Shown: piece after piece, positions 11,762 through 24,845 of the stretch
Layout of the letters: each line of letters opens with the position of its first letter
Position numbering within the stretch: position 1 is the first letter of the stretch
Assembly: GCA_965112155.1 (NCBI GenBank)
Contig: OZ218102.1
Direction: 5' to 3' (one strand)
DNA length: 64,000 nt
DNA from: Podarcis liolepis
Taxonomy: Eukaryota
Notes under the pieces: generated by a model
Told to the model about the DNA's origin: nothing
What the model saw: only the letters and a program-made list of their open reading frames with translations
Databases searched by the model: none
Position numbers and translations under genes: made by a program

Positions 11762-12078
11762 TATGTTTCTGTTGGTTTTTTCACTCACTGTTTGCATTTC
11801 CTTTGCATTGAAATGACTGGGGTGGAATGACGTAATGACTAGCTTACTTAAGTTATGTAGTTAATTGCATACATTATGCAATTTCAGCACAGCAGAAAGC
11901 AAGACGAACAACATAGCTTTTGGCAGAAGATGAACTGCATTGGAATAGAAACAATGCAGCATGTGACACATAAGACAATGGAATGGGAAACAATCTCTTT
12001 TTGCATCTGTAGTCAACAACCGGTCCTCTGCCTCATGCAGCAAACTACTTTGTGCTGCTCCCAGTTGTTATTACAATG

Positions 12079-12428
12079 AAGGGGTGCCAGCTCCTGGGGG
12101 CTGAGCCCTTTTAGCCCCCACCATTTGGGGGGATAGGGGCTGAGCCCCCACAATGTCCTAAAAGCATGGAGGTGAAGCATGGAGCCAAGCATGGTGCGGT
12201 CTAGTGGCCAGCTCCTTCTCTTCTTCCTGCTACTGTGGAGGGGAAGGAGGGTTGAAGCAGCTTCTTGCCGGTGGTGGTGCCAGGAGAAGGAGAAGCCATC
12301 AGCCATTGAAGCTGTGCAGCTGCCACATTGGGCTCCACCCCAGTTCCTCCTGATTTCTGACATTGCTGCGCACATGACGTTATGTGCACAACGTTCAGCC
12401 TCATCAGCCTTGCAAGCTGGCGCCTCTG
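12079..12428. mobile_element. hAT-like MITE
   Basis: TIRs aggggtgccagct and agctggcgcctctg, with degenerate 8-bp flanks. Confidence 0.6.
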
Positions 12429-13178
12429 TAACAACATTGTATGACAATGGCTCATGCTGTATTTTAGTCATTTCCTTGCTTACCACATCTCTCTTCTCCC
12501 AGATACTTAAAGACACAATCCTGTACACACGTACCTGGGAATAAATCCAATCGAATTCAGTGGAGTTTACTGCTGAGTAGGCATGTATAGGACTGCTATT
12601 CAAAGCATGTTATTTTATTGAGCTACAGGGTGTAAATTCATGCAGAGCTATTTCTTGCAAAGCTAAACTAGCCATCCTTGGCTCTTTGCCGCTGTGATTT
12701 TGCTTGTTTTCTCCTTGATGGAAAACACTTCTTTGTTGGCAAAAAATAAAAAAAAAGAATTTGTCACAACAGGGGAGGGAAAGAGTGTACGGGTTTCAGG
12801 TCAAAGATTACATTCTACTCCCCATGAATATATTTTTATAGGCCGGTTGTCACCCATGTGATCAGCTGACCCAAGACTTGCCATGTGGCACGCAGCTCAA
12901 AGGGACTGAAAGAGAGAACCTTTTCCAAAACTCCAGGTGGTGGTGGGGAAATGAACAAAATTCCTTCGACTTTGTTTTTATTTTGTTGGCAAAAGAATAT
13001 TTGAAAGATGTTGAAGGAGGGGCAGTCAAAGAGACCTGGAGCAAAGGTCTAAGACGGCAGCGGTGTGGTTTATTGTCCTTTCTTGCCCCTATGAAATTCC
13101 ATTCTGTACTCAGATGGGTAAATAAACACAGAACGAGGCAGAGGAGTTAGGAGGGAGGACTGTGAGATCATGCAGAGA

Positions 13179-13182
<4 letters not shown>

Positions 13183-13226
<44 letters not shown>
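13183..13226. repeat. (GA)n microsatellite
   Basis: Direct reading. Confidence 0.95.
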
Positions 13227-13228
<2 letters not shown>

Positions 13229-13961
13229 GACAGGTGGAAAATAACAGATAGGCAGTTTCAGGCACAGGAGACCACAATCCTGTAACCACACTGTTCTGGC
13301 ACAGGACTAGCAAATATGTTGCCCTCCAGATATTATTGGATTCCAATCCCATCATCCCTGACCATCATCTATGCTTGCTGGCACTGATGGGAGCTGGAGT
13401 GCAGCAACATTTGGAGGGAATCACATTGGCTAGCTCTGTTCTGGGGTCTATTTGTGCTCCTTCCTTGTCCCTGGATGAAATCAGGGCTAATCTCATTAGT
13501 ACCCCACATTTAGACATATTCATTTTTTTTTTATTAGCCCAGATTGCACTGATGGACAATGACCAGCTTTTCCAAGCTGGATATTCACAACCATAAATTG
13601 CCATTTTACTTGCCAAAACTCAACCCACCTTGCAGATCTTTGAAACAGAAAGTAAAATAATGTTTATTGCACAGGACTGCTGGATTTTGGATTTAATTGA
13701 TTAATTAATTAAAATAGCCCTGACTTAATCAATGTCTGCTGTTGGTAAGACCCAAGATAGAAAGAAACATGGAAGCAAAATAAAAATTAGGGAATTCACA
13801 GCAAGTGGAGAAGGCCATCTAGCTGTGAGTTCATGCTTCTCTGTCTGGTTCATTTCAGTCTGGTCTGAGGGGACGGAGCCCTGCCTGGGAAGAACTGGTG
13901 GTGTAGGTTTTGGGATTATCTGATGAAAGGGTGAGGAGTCTAGTATGGAGGATGTCCTAGG

Positions 13962-14146
13962 CAGGGATGCCAACTTGAGGAAAAGTATTGGGTGGGGGCA
14001 GGTAAGCCCCACCCTGCATAATCACATGACACAGCACACACACACCATTTGAATGGCAATGCCCATCAACTTTGGGGAGGCAGCTCCCTCAAATATTTTA
14101 GGGGGGGGGCTGAAGGAACCTCGGCTTCTAGGAGTTGGCTCCTATG
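13962..14146. mobile_element. hAT MITE
   Basis: Perfect 8-bp TSD GTCCTAGG (13954-13961 and 14147-14154); TIRs cagggatgccaact and agttggctcctatg. Confidence 0.85.
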
Positions 14147-14427
14147 GTCCTAGGTGAGAGGCTGAGTGCTAGCAGGTAACGTGGTCCAGGTGAGAGATGA
14201 GCTGCCGAGCCTGTTCTGCAGTATCATATGAGCACTCATCCAGAGCATATTTTCTACAGTGTTTTTATTTGCTTACATGTAAGATTGGCTTGTTAAGAAA
14301 TTGAACTGCATCCTTCTCATATTAATTCTTACAAGTCTGGCTGATGAAGAATTGATCAATATTGACTGATGAAGCATTGAACGAAACAGATTGGTTATCC
14401 AGAAAGTTCTGGCGATATTTGGTGACA

Positions 14428-14682
14428 GGTCCCTGCTCCTGCCAACCTAGCAGTTCGAAAGCACGTCAAAGTGCAAGTAGATAAATAGGTACTGCTCCAG
14501 CGGGAAGGTAAACGGCGTTTCCATGCGCTGCTCTGGTTCACCAGAAGCGGCTTAGTCATGCTGGCCACATGACCTAGAAGCTGTACGCCGGCTCCCTCGG
14601 CCAATAAAGTGAGATGAGCGCCGCAACCCCAGAGTCGGCCACGACTGGACCTAATGGTCAGGGGTCCCTTTACCCTTTACCT
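14428..14682 (+). mobile_element. Sauria SINE (Squam1), 5'-truncated
   Basis: Near-identical to the 3' two-thirds of 42599-42934; ACCTTT-type tail. Confidence 0.92.
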
Positions 14683-15678
14683 ATGCATATATCAAACTTT
14701 TGAATTATTCTACCGCGACTGGTGAAGAGGATTTCGAGACTTTCGTTGAAATTTCTGATCATTTGTTTTAGTCTATAAATACTGTTTTGTGCCATTGTTA
14801 TTGGTCATTGTGTTGTGTTATATTGTTCAGCTTGGTACAAGACAAAGCATGGTTCAGACAGACTGGGGGCAAGGTGGAGCAGGGCTCAGGCTGGATGCAA
14901 GGCTCAGACTGTGCTCTAGGAACACAGAGTTTCTTGCTTTACAAGTCTTATGTAGTAGCAGTAGCGGATTCATCCTAATGGTTAGCCTTTGAAAGCTGGC
15001 AGGTACTCTTTTAATTAAAAGGGCCCAGCCCTCTCCAATATTCTTCTACTGCAACAAAATGCGGGCGCCTCAGATCTCATTGGGTCATCTGCAGTGGAGT
15101 CCTCCAAGTCTGAGGACGGCATTGCCACATCATCAGGCTGAAGAGACAGTGGCCCCACAATCTCATCCACTAGCAGTATTTTCAGGGCTAGCCCTACATG
15201 ACCTTCCTCTTCTGGTTTGGAGTCCCCAGCCCCATCACCTGAAAAAGAGGGAAATGACTCTTGGTCACTGGTACAGTCACAGTTTTTGAGTACTGGACAG
15301 TTTCTTTCTCATGGACCAGGTATGTGGGGATGGGGTGGGGAGGTGACTGAAAAGCATATTTTCCTGTGAACATGTTTTCTCCTGCTCTCATGTTGACTGA
15401 GATCCACATTTGTATGGTTTTATTGCCTCACTGTAATGCTGCTGCTTTGATACATGCTGAATGTCATTGGCTTAAAATGTCACATTTTGATATGGACATC
15501 TTTTCTGATACTGATTTCTTAGTGATTTGGATTAGATACTGACAAAGCGTGTTAGCTAAATAAGGATATGAGCTTACTAATGTGAAGTAATGTACATTAG
15601 CCATCAAAAGATAAATGCTTCTCTTGTACTTATATACTGGAAATTTGCTAACTTTTCTTGTGAACTGATTTGAACATA

Positions 15679-15904
15679 CAGTGGTACCTCGGGTTACAGA
15701 CGCTTGAGCTTACAGACTCCTCTAACCCAAAAATAGTACCTCGGGTTAAGAACTTTGCTTCAGGATGAGAACAGAAATTGCACGGTGGTGGCGTGGCAGC
15801 AGCAGGAGGCCCCATTAGCTAAAGTGGTGCTTCAGGTTAAGAACAGTTTCAGGTTAAGAACTGACCTCCAGAATGAATTAAGGTCTTAACCTGAGGTCCC
15901 ACTG
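15679..15904. mobile_element. Tc1/mariner MITE family A, copy 1
   Basis: TA TSD, TIR CAGTGGTACCTCGGGTTA; collinear with the copies at 39950, 44551 and 53207. Confidence 0.9.
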
Positions 15905-18900
15905 TAATGTGGTACATAAACCAGTTTGCTGAGGATGCCCCATTTCATGTAAAAAAAATTTTGTTTGGCATTGTATCCATAGATATGCCAGCAGGGTTCC
16001 ACTGAAACAATGGAATTTCTCATTCCTCTCCTCTTGTGCCTCCCCCCAAAATCTGCTTGGGAGGCTCCCCCAACTCTTTGGAGCTCATTTTGAGGATGTG
16101 CGGAGAAGTGGGGTAAAGGGGACAGAACTGCATTGTGTGGACAGAAGCCTATTGCACCAGCATTGGATACAGCCCTTTATAGCATACTTGATGAATGTAG
16201 GGAAAGTGAAAAGAACAAGCCACTTATATTTTGAAATAAGAGTCCTATTTTGCAAGACTCATTAGTCCCCGGTCAGACTGTAATTTCATGGCTAATAAGC
16301 TCAGATAGAAACGTAGGTATAGTTCTGTGTTATCTGGACCCTTTCTGCAAAAAATATCTGAGCATTAAGATATTCTGAGTTAATGAGATTTGGGCTTTTT
16401 AAAAAACTGGTGTGTCTCAGTAAGTAGTATGCAAAATGGTTTAATCTGTGTGTAAGTACCATTCTGCATGCACTGGTGATACATTTGGATACACAAAATA
16501 TTGCCTTGCACTATTAGGGAAAATCACTCAGATCTTCTTGTCCCTTTGTAGCTAAACTATTTCAACGATGCTTTTCAGCAACTCATTTATCTCTAGCTCA
16601 AACTAGTGCAGGAGCAAGCACAGTGTCTGAAGCAATAACTATTTGTTGTTGTTGGGTCTCTGCTTCACACTATTGCTGGCTTTTTCATTAGGAGAAAGCA
16701 ACCTTATTGGTATTCCAAACCTGACCACCGTCAATTAGTGTCTTTTTAGAAAGGGGGTAAACCTTTTTCACTGCCTTGTATTCTCACAGCTCATTTCTCC
16801 TCTAAATACCCACAACTTGCAACACGAAAGTTCCTTTAAATAAAGGCAGGAGTTTGGGCAAACAGAATAATGTTTATAAAACTTCCCTTCCTTTATTTTG
16901 CTCTTCGTTTGCTTAGATTTTAGCGCTTAAATGGTTGGATTAATTTGGTTCCCTCTTCTGAGCGGTTGTGAGAGATTGCATCCTGAATACCCCTGCTGCC
17001 ATATTAATTTTTGTGTGCATGCACTAAACATAGGCACAAAAGTATTAAATCTCTTTTTTTAAAAAATTAAAGTGGTCCGTTTTGAAGGGTGGTACTCCAC
17101 AAGCGACTCTTTCAGGATGAATAAATCTTTCCCTTCGCTCTACGGTACATTAAGCTGCCAGTGCAGCAGGTGGTAAACTGCCAGATTTTGGCTTTCATTT
17201 AACTGAGGACCAAAGCAGAAATATGGAGAAGGTGACGAGAAAATGTCACTGTGTGTAGCAGAAAGAGAGACCCCTTTCAAGCCATTTGCCAGACCTCTTG
17301 GTTACCAATGAAACTTCATTTCACGGCTAATAAGCTCATATAGAAATGTGTTTCATTTGAATCCTTGCAGTTTTCACTGTGGAGAAACAAGGTATTTGAG
17401 GTTGTTCTTTTGGCTATTGGGTTCTGAAGTCATTGTTGTATAACATTCCCTGCTCCAAATGCTCAAGCATTGCACTCAGGAAGTACATGTGATATACACC
17501 TCTTGGGTCACATTTTCTCGTTATGCTGAGGTGAATTGCCTTGGAGCGCTGCCTTCGTACTCCCTAGATTGCAAACTATCCAGTGTGGGAATCTTCAAGT
17601 TGATTTAAGAGGCTATTATCCAAGCTCAGACCTGATTACCCGACTAAACAGAATGCAGAGTTTCCTAGCTGAGATGGAGGACATGTCTGTCAGGAATAGG
17701 GACGCTGGAGAAGAGGGAACGGAAATTGCCAATGTTTGCTTATTTGTTCCATGTCCCAAATGGAAACCAATCCAGTGAATATGATCAGTGTTCACTGTTG
17801 CTTTCAGTCCACAAACAAGTAATTGCATTCCGTCCCATCTGCATTGAAATGAGTGGGGTGGAATAATGTAATGACAATAGAATTTACAGAATTTCCCCAC
17901 AGTGGACAGCGAGATGCACAACATAGGTTTTGGCAAAAGATTAACTGTAGCTGAATGGTGCACTGCTGCATGCAATGAATACAGGTTGGAACAGGAAATG
18001 GCGCCTTCTTCTATCTTTAGTCAAGAAATCCGAAGCTTAAGAACAGAAGAAGAGTTGTGCTGGATCCAACTAAGCATTCATCTAGTCCAGACCTTGTTTC
18101 CAGTGCAGACCACCTGGAGGCTTCTGGGAAATCTAGAAGCAGGGCACGCAGGCTCAGTTTGTCCCTCAGCAACAGGAATTCAGAGGTACAACACCTCTAT
18201 ACCTGATCATGACTAATATGAAATCCATTATTTTATGTGCTCCAGCGATGGAGAACCTGTAGCTTTCAATGTGTTTGAACTCCCAGCTTGCACCATCCCT
18301 GACCATTGGTAATGCTAGCTGCAGTTTGTGGCAGTTGGAGTGCCACAACTTTAAGATCCCCAATCTAATCCCCTTCTAAAGCCATCCAGTCCAGCAACTA
18401 CCTCTATATTTTGTGGCAGCAAATCCCATCAATTAATTGTGCATTGTGTGATGCTATTGCACAAATTTTGTTTGTTTGCTTCTTGCTTCTCTTGGTCAGC
18501 CCACCGAGGACTGTGCTTTTCCTTAGTTCAACTGTCTGCACATTTACTTGCATTTCCACATGCAAGCAATTTACCTTCGGTGCCCGATGGCCGCAGCACT
18601 GGTGCATCTAAGCATCCTACAAAGGGAGGACCATTAAGGACATGGTTGGGTAGAGATGGAAACAGAGCCAATGGACTGTTGCTGTCTCTTCTTTCTTTCC
18701 TTCTGTCTTCCTTCCTTTTTTGCTTCCTTGAGCTGAGCTTAAAGTCATTTTTCTCTTTCATTATCTCTGCATTAGATCACCATACAATGTTTATAGTTGT
18801 GATGAGTTGAACTTCGTTTAGGAACAAGTTCTGTGGGTGGAGGCAAATCAGTAATTAGAATCCTCCTCATTGTGGATGTGGATCTGTGCTTTTGTTCAAC

Positions 18901-20141
18901 AATCCCCCCCCCCCCCCCGTGTAGTTCTTTGGGACTGTCCAGGTATATGCAATTCAATCCCCTCACTCCAACTTTATCTGTTATGCCTTGGCTTTAAGGA
19001 ATTTGAGACTGTAGCAATTTGGCTCAAAGCCCTCCAGGTTACAAAATGTGAAATGTGCAAACTTTGGCCCTGGATATAGTTCAATAACTTTTGAACTGGG
19101 AGCCATACAGAGTTTGATCAATTAGTTAAAGGCAGCTAGATTAATATAGTGGAGTGCTAAAACCCAGGCAATGGGCAATCCCTTGTGGGATTTGAGTGTA
19201 ATCAACTATGCAAATACTGCTAAATTAAAAATAGAGTGGAATGTTCTGACTCTATGGGCAATAATTTTTGAATAACTAATTTCTTTAAGACACTGTGCAA
19301 TCTATCACATCAGAGTGCTTGGTCTTTGACTTCAAGTACTATAAAATATATTTTGGGTATGAAATATCCCTGGAACTGAATGTAATTTATTGTGCTAATG
19401 CTGCTAAATTAATGTTGTTGAGTGTTGGGTGATATTTAATTTTAGAGGGAGAAACTCTTTAGAGACAAGATGCGATGTGTCCAATGCTTGGTTATATAGC
19501 TTGGCATCAGCTATGCTTATATGTGAAAAATTTACAGATAATATTTTACACATAAAGTGTTACTCTCTAAGCATTGGTGTGTGTGCTTCCTTTGCATCTA
19601 ACACACATCTCTCTTGCAGAGGTATAGAACTGTGTCCCTCACCCAGGGGATCACAATAATGAGATGCTATTAATAGGTTTAATATTGTTGTTTTTAGGAT
19701 TTTATGTTGTTTTACAAAACTAATTTTAAATGTTTATAGACCACACTAAGAGGTGCCTTTCCACCAGATGGGCAAGAAAGGAAACTCTGAATGAAACAAA
19801 ATAATAAATCAAATTATAAAAGAGGAAAATGGAGAGAAACACCAAAATTTGAAAATATGTTAAGAGGAAAGAATTAAGCAATTGCCTGATACAAACATTG
19901 GCTGTACCATATATGATACATTAAGGGAACATAAGTAAAAGAAGAAGAGATTATTGAGGAGGGTGCATATCTTGAAAAGAGAATTGACTACCAGTATACT
20001 TTTGAGAGACAAAACTGCTTGATGAGACTGGGGTGTGTGTGTAGCAAATAGTACACTGGAAGCTATAATCTGAAACTAATAGCGCAACCATATGTTTACC
20101 TAGAAGCAAGTCACACCCGCCCCAGTTTGCAGCACTGTTAA

Positions 20142-20391
20142 AGGTAAAGGTAAAGGGACCCCTGACCTTTAGGTCCAGTCATGACCGGCTCTGGGGTTGC
20201 GGCGCTCATCTCGCTTTACTGGCTAAGGGAGCCGGCATACAGCTTCCGGGTCATGTGGCCAGCATGACTAAGCCGCTTCTGGCGAACCAGAGCAGCGCAC
20301 GGAAATGCCATTTACCTTTCTGCCGGAGCGGTACCTATTTATCTACTTGCACTTTGACGTGCTTTTGAACTGCTAGGTTGGCAGGAAATTG
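20142..20391 (-). mobile_element. Sauria SINE, 5'-truncated
   Basis: Reverse complement of the 14428 copy; TSD GCACTGTTAA at 20132-20141 and 20392-20401. Confidence 0.92.
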
Positions 20392-21044
20392 GCACTGTTA
20401 ATCTTCTGCAAAAATGAGCAGACTGACATTTTCGGATACTTTCAGGAAGTAGACAAAGACTGGGGCTAGTATTCAACTACATTTTACTCAAAGTAGACCC
20501 ACTGAAATTAATGGGTATGACTAAGTTAGCACTATTAATTTCAATGGGTCTACTGTGAGTGAAACTTACGTAGTTGTCTACTACCCTTGGCCTAGACAGG
20601 GCCTGTAATGCCAAATATGAGGCTCTGCTACCCTGCCATTGTGCGATACTCTGCCACTCAAGTAACACATGAAGAGGGCTATTGTCTTAGTTCTTTTGCA
20701 ACCAGAAGTGTCTGTGTCTATTGCAATTACTTATAAGATCAATCTAGATAAGACTGAGTGGTTTGGTATTTACAGTGGGAAACCAATAGCTAAACTATGC
20801 AATATCTCATAGGAGTCACTGAAATGTGCAAACCTTCTGTTTGACTTATTCATTATCTAGACAAAATGGTAGAAATAAAAAGAATTTTTTTAAAAGAAAA
20901 TTAGCCAGTTGAAGCTAAGATCCTATAGATTCTTATCACACCACATATTATGCGCTGCCTCCTCTTAAGAAATGCATTTGGTTCCACAGCTGGGATGTTC
21001 TTAAAAGTTCAACACTAGCTCCTATGTTAGTTCATTTATTTCAA

Positions 21045-22018
21045 TGTGATATTTACTTCAATATATACAAGCCAAAGTTATGGACTGAGCTTTCCCTGTA
21101 TACATTGTACCATTATAACGAACACAAGACACTTGGGGGGGGGGGTTGACGGAAACATTTGTTTTGCTGGGCAGGTTGGGTCCCCAAGTGTTTTTCTTTT
21201 TCTTTTTCCCTGCCAGCAAACCGTTAACGAATGGCATGCTCTGATTGGCTGGGATTTCAGGAGAAGATTTGGAGAGACAGTTTTGTAGGTTGGGATAGAG
21301 GTTGGGAGATAGGGAGCGAGAGGAGAGAGAGTTAGTTCTGGGTAGAAACATCCACTCTGAGGAATATATCAAAAGCTAGAGAAAGAAGTCTCTGAGCTTA
21401 GTGTGAAGGACAGTGTGGTGTCTTGTAAGAGTAAGAGGTCAGGAATTAACTGGGAGGCTGAGGCTTAGCCAGGAGAAGTAGAAACTGTAGGATACAGTCT
21501 ACTTAGGTCTCATTCCAGTCAGGAGGGGAGAGATTCTTCTACAAAAAAAGACTCCCAAGCCAGTTAAGAGGGGTGTGGTGATCCCTTGGGTCTGTTACTT
21601 GGAGTACCTCAGGAGTAGGGTTGTCAAAGGGGTGTGTAACTGACAGGAACTACCACCTTGTTTAAGAACCAAAGTATTAAGCGGCAACAGCTGTGCAACA
21701 ACTGAGAAAGAACTGAAGTGAAATAATCTGGTTTCTTATGTTTTACCCACTTTGTGTCATGAACTTCCTTTATTTAATAAAATCATTCTTGTTTATTTGA
21801 TCAAATCCTGTCTGAGACTCCAAATTATTAAGTTTTCCCTCACACAAGTCCCCCAACAAGATCATCTGGGATAGTTTGTAGGAATTCGTGGAATTTGTGT
21901 TCTGTGAGGTGGCTACACTATATTTAAATGACGGCGGGCCCAACAGCACCAGGGGTGAAAGTGCTGTTGCGCCGTTGCAGGGGGTTTAAGGAGATACCAG
22001 AAATTTGAGAGGACAACA
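21045..22018 (+). mobile_element. Putative solo LTR (Gypsy/ERV-like), boundaries approximate
   Basis: TG start, ATTGG (CCAAT) box at about 21245, purine-rich U3/R-like tract, AATAAA at about 21776, ends in ...ACA. TSD unclear. Confidence 0.45.
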
Positions 22019-22226
22019 GAATGGTTCATTGAAAGCTCCATCAATCAAAATCATTTCCAGCGCAATCCTATACTCCCCCCCCCCCACAAAGGAAATCTCT
22101 TTCTGGTGTACAGAGCTTGCCCAGTTGTGTGTGTGTACACAGGAGAGCAGCTTACACTTATCAGCTGGTCAAGGACAGAGAAAATGAGACAAGGGCTGTA
22201 TCCACACCATACATTGAAAGGTCATG

Positions 22227-22645
22227 TGTTGCAGTTTCGTGCTGAGCAACAGTGTGCAGAGCTTAGTGGAGTGGAAGACCAGCCAACCAGAAGAATCTCT
22301 AAGGTGCACTTGCCTGGAGGCAGAGGCAGTATCCAAAGTCAGATCCAGTCCTAGGGTCAGGCAAACAGCAATCCACATGGTCCGATGGTCCAGGGGTCAG
22401 GGAATCTGATGATCATGGGGCAAGATGAACAGGAAGCAGGAAGGTAGGGCCAAGAACTACAGGCATTGTTAGCAGCACCTGACTGCTGCTGGAAGCTCTG
22501 CTTAAGAAGGCTGAAGCCAGCTGGTTCTCATCAGTGCCTTCTCCTCTGTGTCCTTGCAGGCTAATCAGCTGCAGGTGGAGTCACTCCGCCTTCTCCCCCT
22601 TCAGACTGCTGTTCAGCAGGTGAAGCTGACTCCTGGCCCAAGACA
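22227..22645 (-). mobile_element. Putative Gypsy-type solo LTR inserted in a small MITE
   Basis: TGT...ACA termini with flanks TCATG/ACATG. The host MITE (catacattgaaag... / ...ccctcaaagaatcctgagaactgta) resumes on the other side; similar intact MITE at about 9965-10090. Confidence 0.55.
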
Positions 22646-22800
22646 ACATGAATTCCCTCAAAGAATCCTGAGAACTGTAATTTGGTAAGGGTGCTGGGAG
22701 TTGTATCTGTGTAAGGGGTAAACTTGTGTTGTCCTGGAATGAAAATGTGGCCCTGTTAGAGATCCAACTAATTTTTACCACTTGGATTGGGCTTACATAT

Positions 22801-23128
22801 CAGCCCCTCCAAGTGTCCCTATTTTCCAGGGACGTCCCTGATTTAGATAAGCTGTCCTGGTTTCTGATTTGCTGCCAGAATGTCCCGCTTTTTCTTTAGG
22901 ATGTCCCTATTTTAATTGGAGAAATGTTGGAGGATATGCAATTATCCAACCCCCCAAGCCATCTGAAAGCAATCCTGTATAGGAAAGTTTTTTTTAATGT
23001 TTATTTATGTTTTTATATATGTTGGAAGCTGTCCAGAGTGCTGAGGCAACCCAATAAGATGGGTGGGGTATAAATAGTAAAATTTTCATTATGGAATGGA
23101 ACGTCCCTATTTTCATCAGAGGGTATGA
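22801..23128. mobile_element. hAT-like element with gtccct subterminal repeats and an embedded L2 3' tail
   Basis: cagcccctccaagtgtccc ... gagggtatg; repeated tgtccc units; gtccagagtg...gatgggtggggtataaat L2-like tail inside. Confidence 0.55.
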
Positions 23129-23168
23129 CATAGAAATGGTTGGTTTGCAATGTTAAGTATGCAGGTAT

Positions 23169-23519
23169 TGTAGGCCAAAGCCAGGCTGTATGCATGCCAT
23201 TGCAGGCCTAGGCCTTAATGCCTCTTGGAGCTCTGGAGCTTCATCTGTATAACAAAAGACAGAGAAGATTCCCAAAACCCTCCAATGATATTTGCAGGTA
23301 GCTGGCAGGCAGCCAATCCCTGCTGTGATAGGGCCAGTGTTCTGATTCGCTAATTGCAGCATTAGGCAACCTGTCACAGGCATAGGGGTGTTGCCTGGGC
23401 CAGCTTAAGGTGTATATATACTGGGCTGAGTGCCTTTGTTTTCCACTCTTGTTCTTATTGTTCCAGTAAATCCTCTTGAGCTGAATCTTGGTCTTGGGTC
23501 ATGCCTGAACCCACCTACA
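23169..23519 (+). mobile_element. Solo LTR (351 bp)
   Basis: Perfect inverted termini TGTAGG...CCTACA. CCAAT at about 23313, TATATATA at about 23413 and AGTAAA polyA-like signal at about 23465 occur in U3-R-U5 order. No clean TSD. Confidence 0.65.
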
Positions 23520-24845
23520 CTTCATTGTAAAATACATACAGAGCTTGCTGGTCTTCTGTGGGTAGGGGGGCATCCAAAGCCCCCATCCCTCCTCTTCCTT
23601 TGCACAAATAACTGCAACCACCCAATTGTTCAGCTCACAGTTGTTTATTAAGGACAAGTTGTTAAATCATACTCTTCCCCCCCCCCCACTGAATACAATC
23701 TAGCAGGTCCTTGTTGGGGCACTTCGTAGATCTAGTCAGGGGCCTCATCCCTTACCATGTGGACTGTGCCTATCTGCGCCTTCTCCCTGGGCCTCCCCTC
23801 TACCCCATCCCTTCCTCATCTGTTCAAAGGATCTCTGAAGCCTCACCATCAACAGTGGTGTCCCTCCTCAGCTGATCTTTGTCTCTTTGTGCAGGCCATA
23901 CTGTAGGTAGGAGAAATGGCATGTCCTGTCTGGTTGCAGTTGCCTCCCTGCCACTCTCCACCAGAAAGCCCTGATGACTGGGACCCGGATTCTGCATCTG
24001 CCCAGACAGGAAACACAAGGGGCAGTGGTGTGGTGCTTCAAGGCCCACAAACGTTTTTTTCTGGTTTGTGTGTGTCTGTTTGTATTGCATTATATACACT
24101 GGGCATCCCTACTTGATTATAATGTGAAGCTGTTATTAAACACAGAGTACTGGGTACTGAAAATAAGTTTTTAAAGATGTTATGAAAGATTGGAAGGTGG
24201 AAAATTGGGTCATTTTTGCTCCACTTCTATTGCCCTCTATGCCTTTGCCTAGGAATGGTTCCAGCACAATACGCACAGCCTGCCTGCTCTTTGCTTTTGA
24301 ATTAATTGAAGGACAAAGTTGTCAGGCCTCGAGTGAGGTTTTGCAAAGTGTTGACAAGGAATTGAGTGGGCTAGGTTTCCAGCCTATAATGCAGACCTGT
24401 TGTTGCCTGTCTCGCTGCAAGAGATAAAGTTAATTAGCTGCTGACAGCACAAGCAGGCCTTCGAGAGATTACATTCAATTCCGTTTATTTTAAAAATGTG
24501 GAACTCACAGTAGCATATTGAGAAAACTGCATGCAGTGAACAAAAGATACCACAGTAGCAGATGCTGGCTCTTTTTTTCTAGTAGGATCTTATTGATTGC
24601 GCCCCTTCCTGATTTGAAGAACAAACGCAAGTAAAGTAAAGAGCAGCATCTGCAATGTGATTGGATGTGCTCCCCCTCTGCCGCCATTTCCCCCACTGGC
24701 ACAGCAACTTAGCACTCGTCCTCACCTCCTTTCATCCTGTGTTTTTTTCCATTCATCCCAATTGATGTCTTCCGATTTGGTGGTAAGCGGCAGGTTTTCC
24801 AGAGGAAAGTTGCAGAATGAAAGAAAAACCTCTTGGATCTGTGCC

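Noticed and set aside
12013-12603. 196-aa minus-strand ORF
   Set aside because: Spans a hAT MITE and unrelated flanks, with no protein-like features.
24728-24844. Minus-strand exon candidate AQIQEVFLSFCNFPLENLPLTTKSEDINWDEWKKTQDER ending at GTGAG
   Set aside because: The acceptor is supplied by the adjacent Rex1 fragment, the protein is not recognised, and no partner exons were found.
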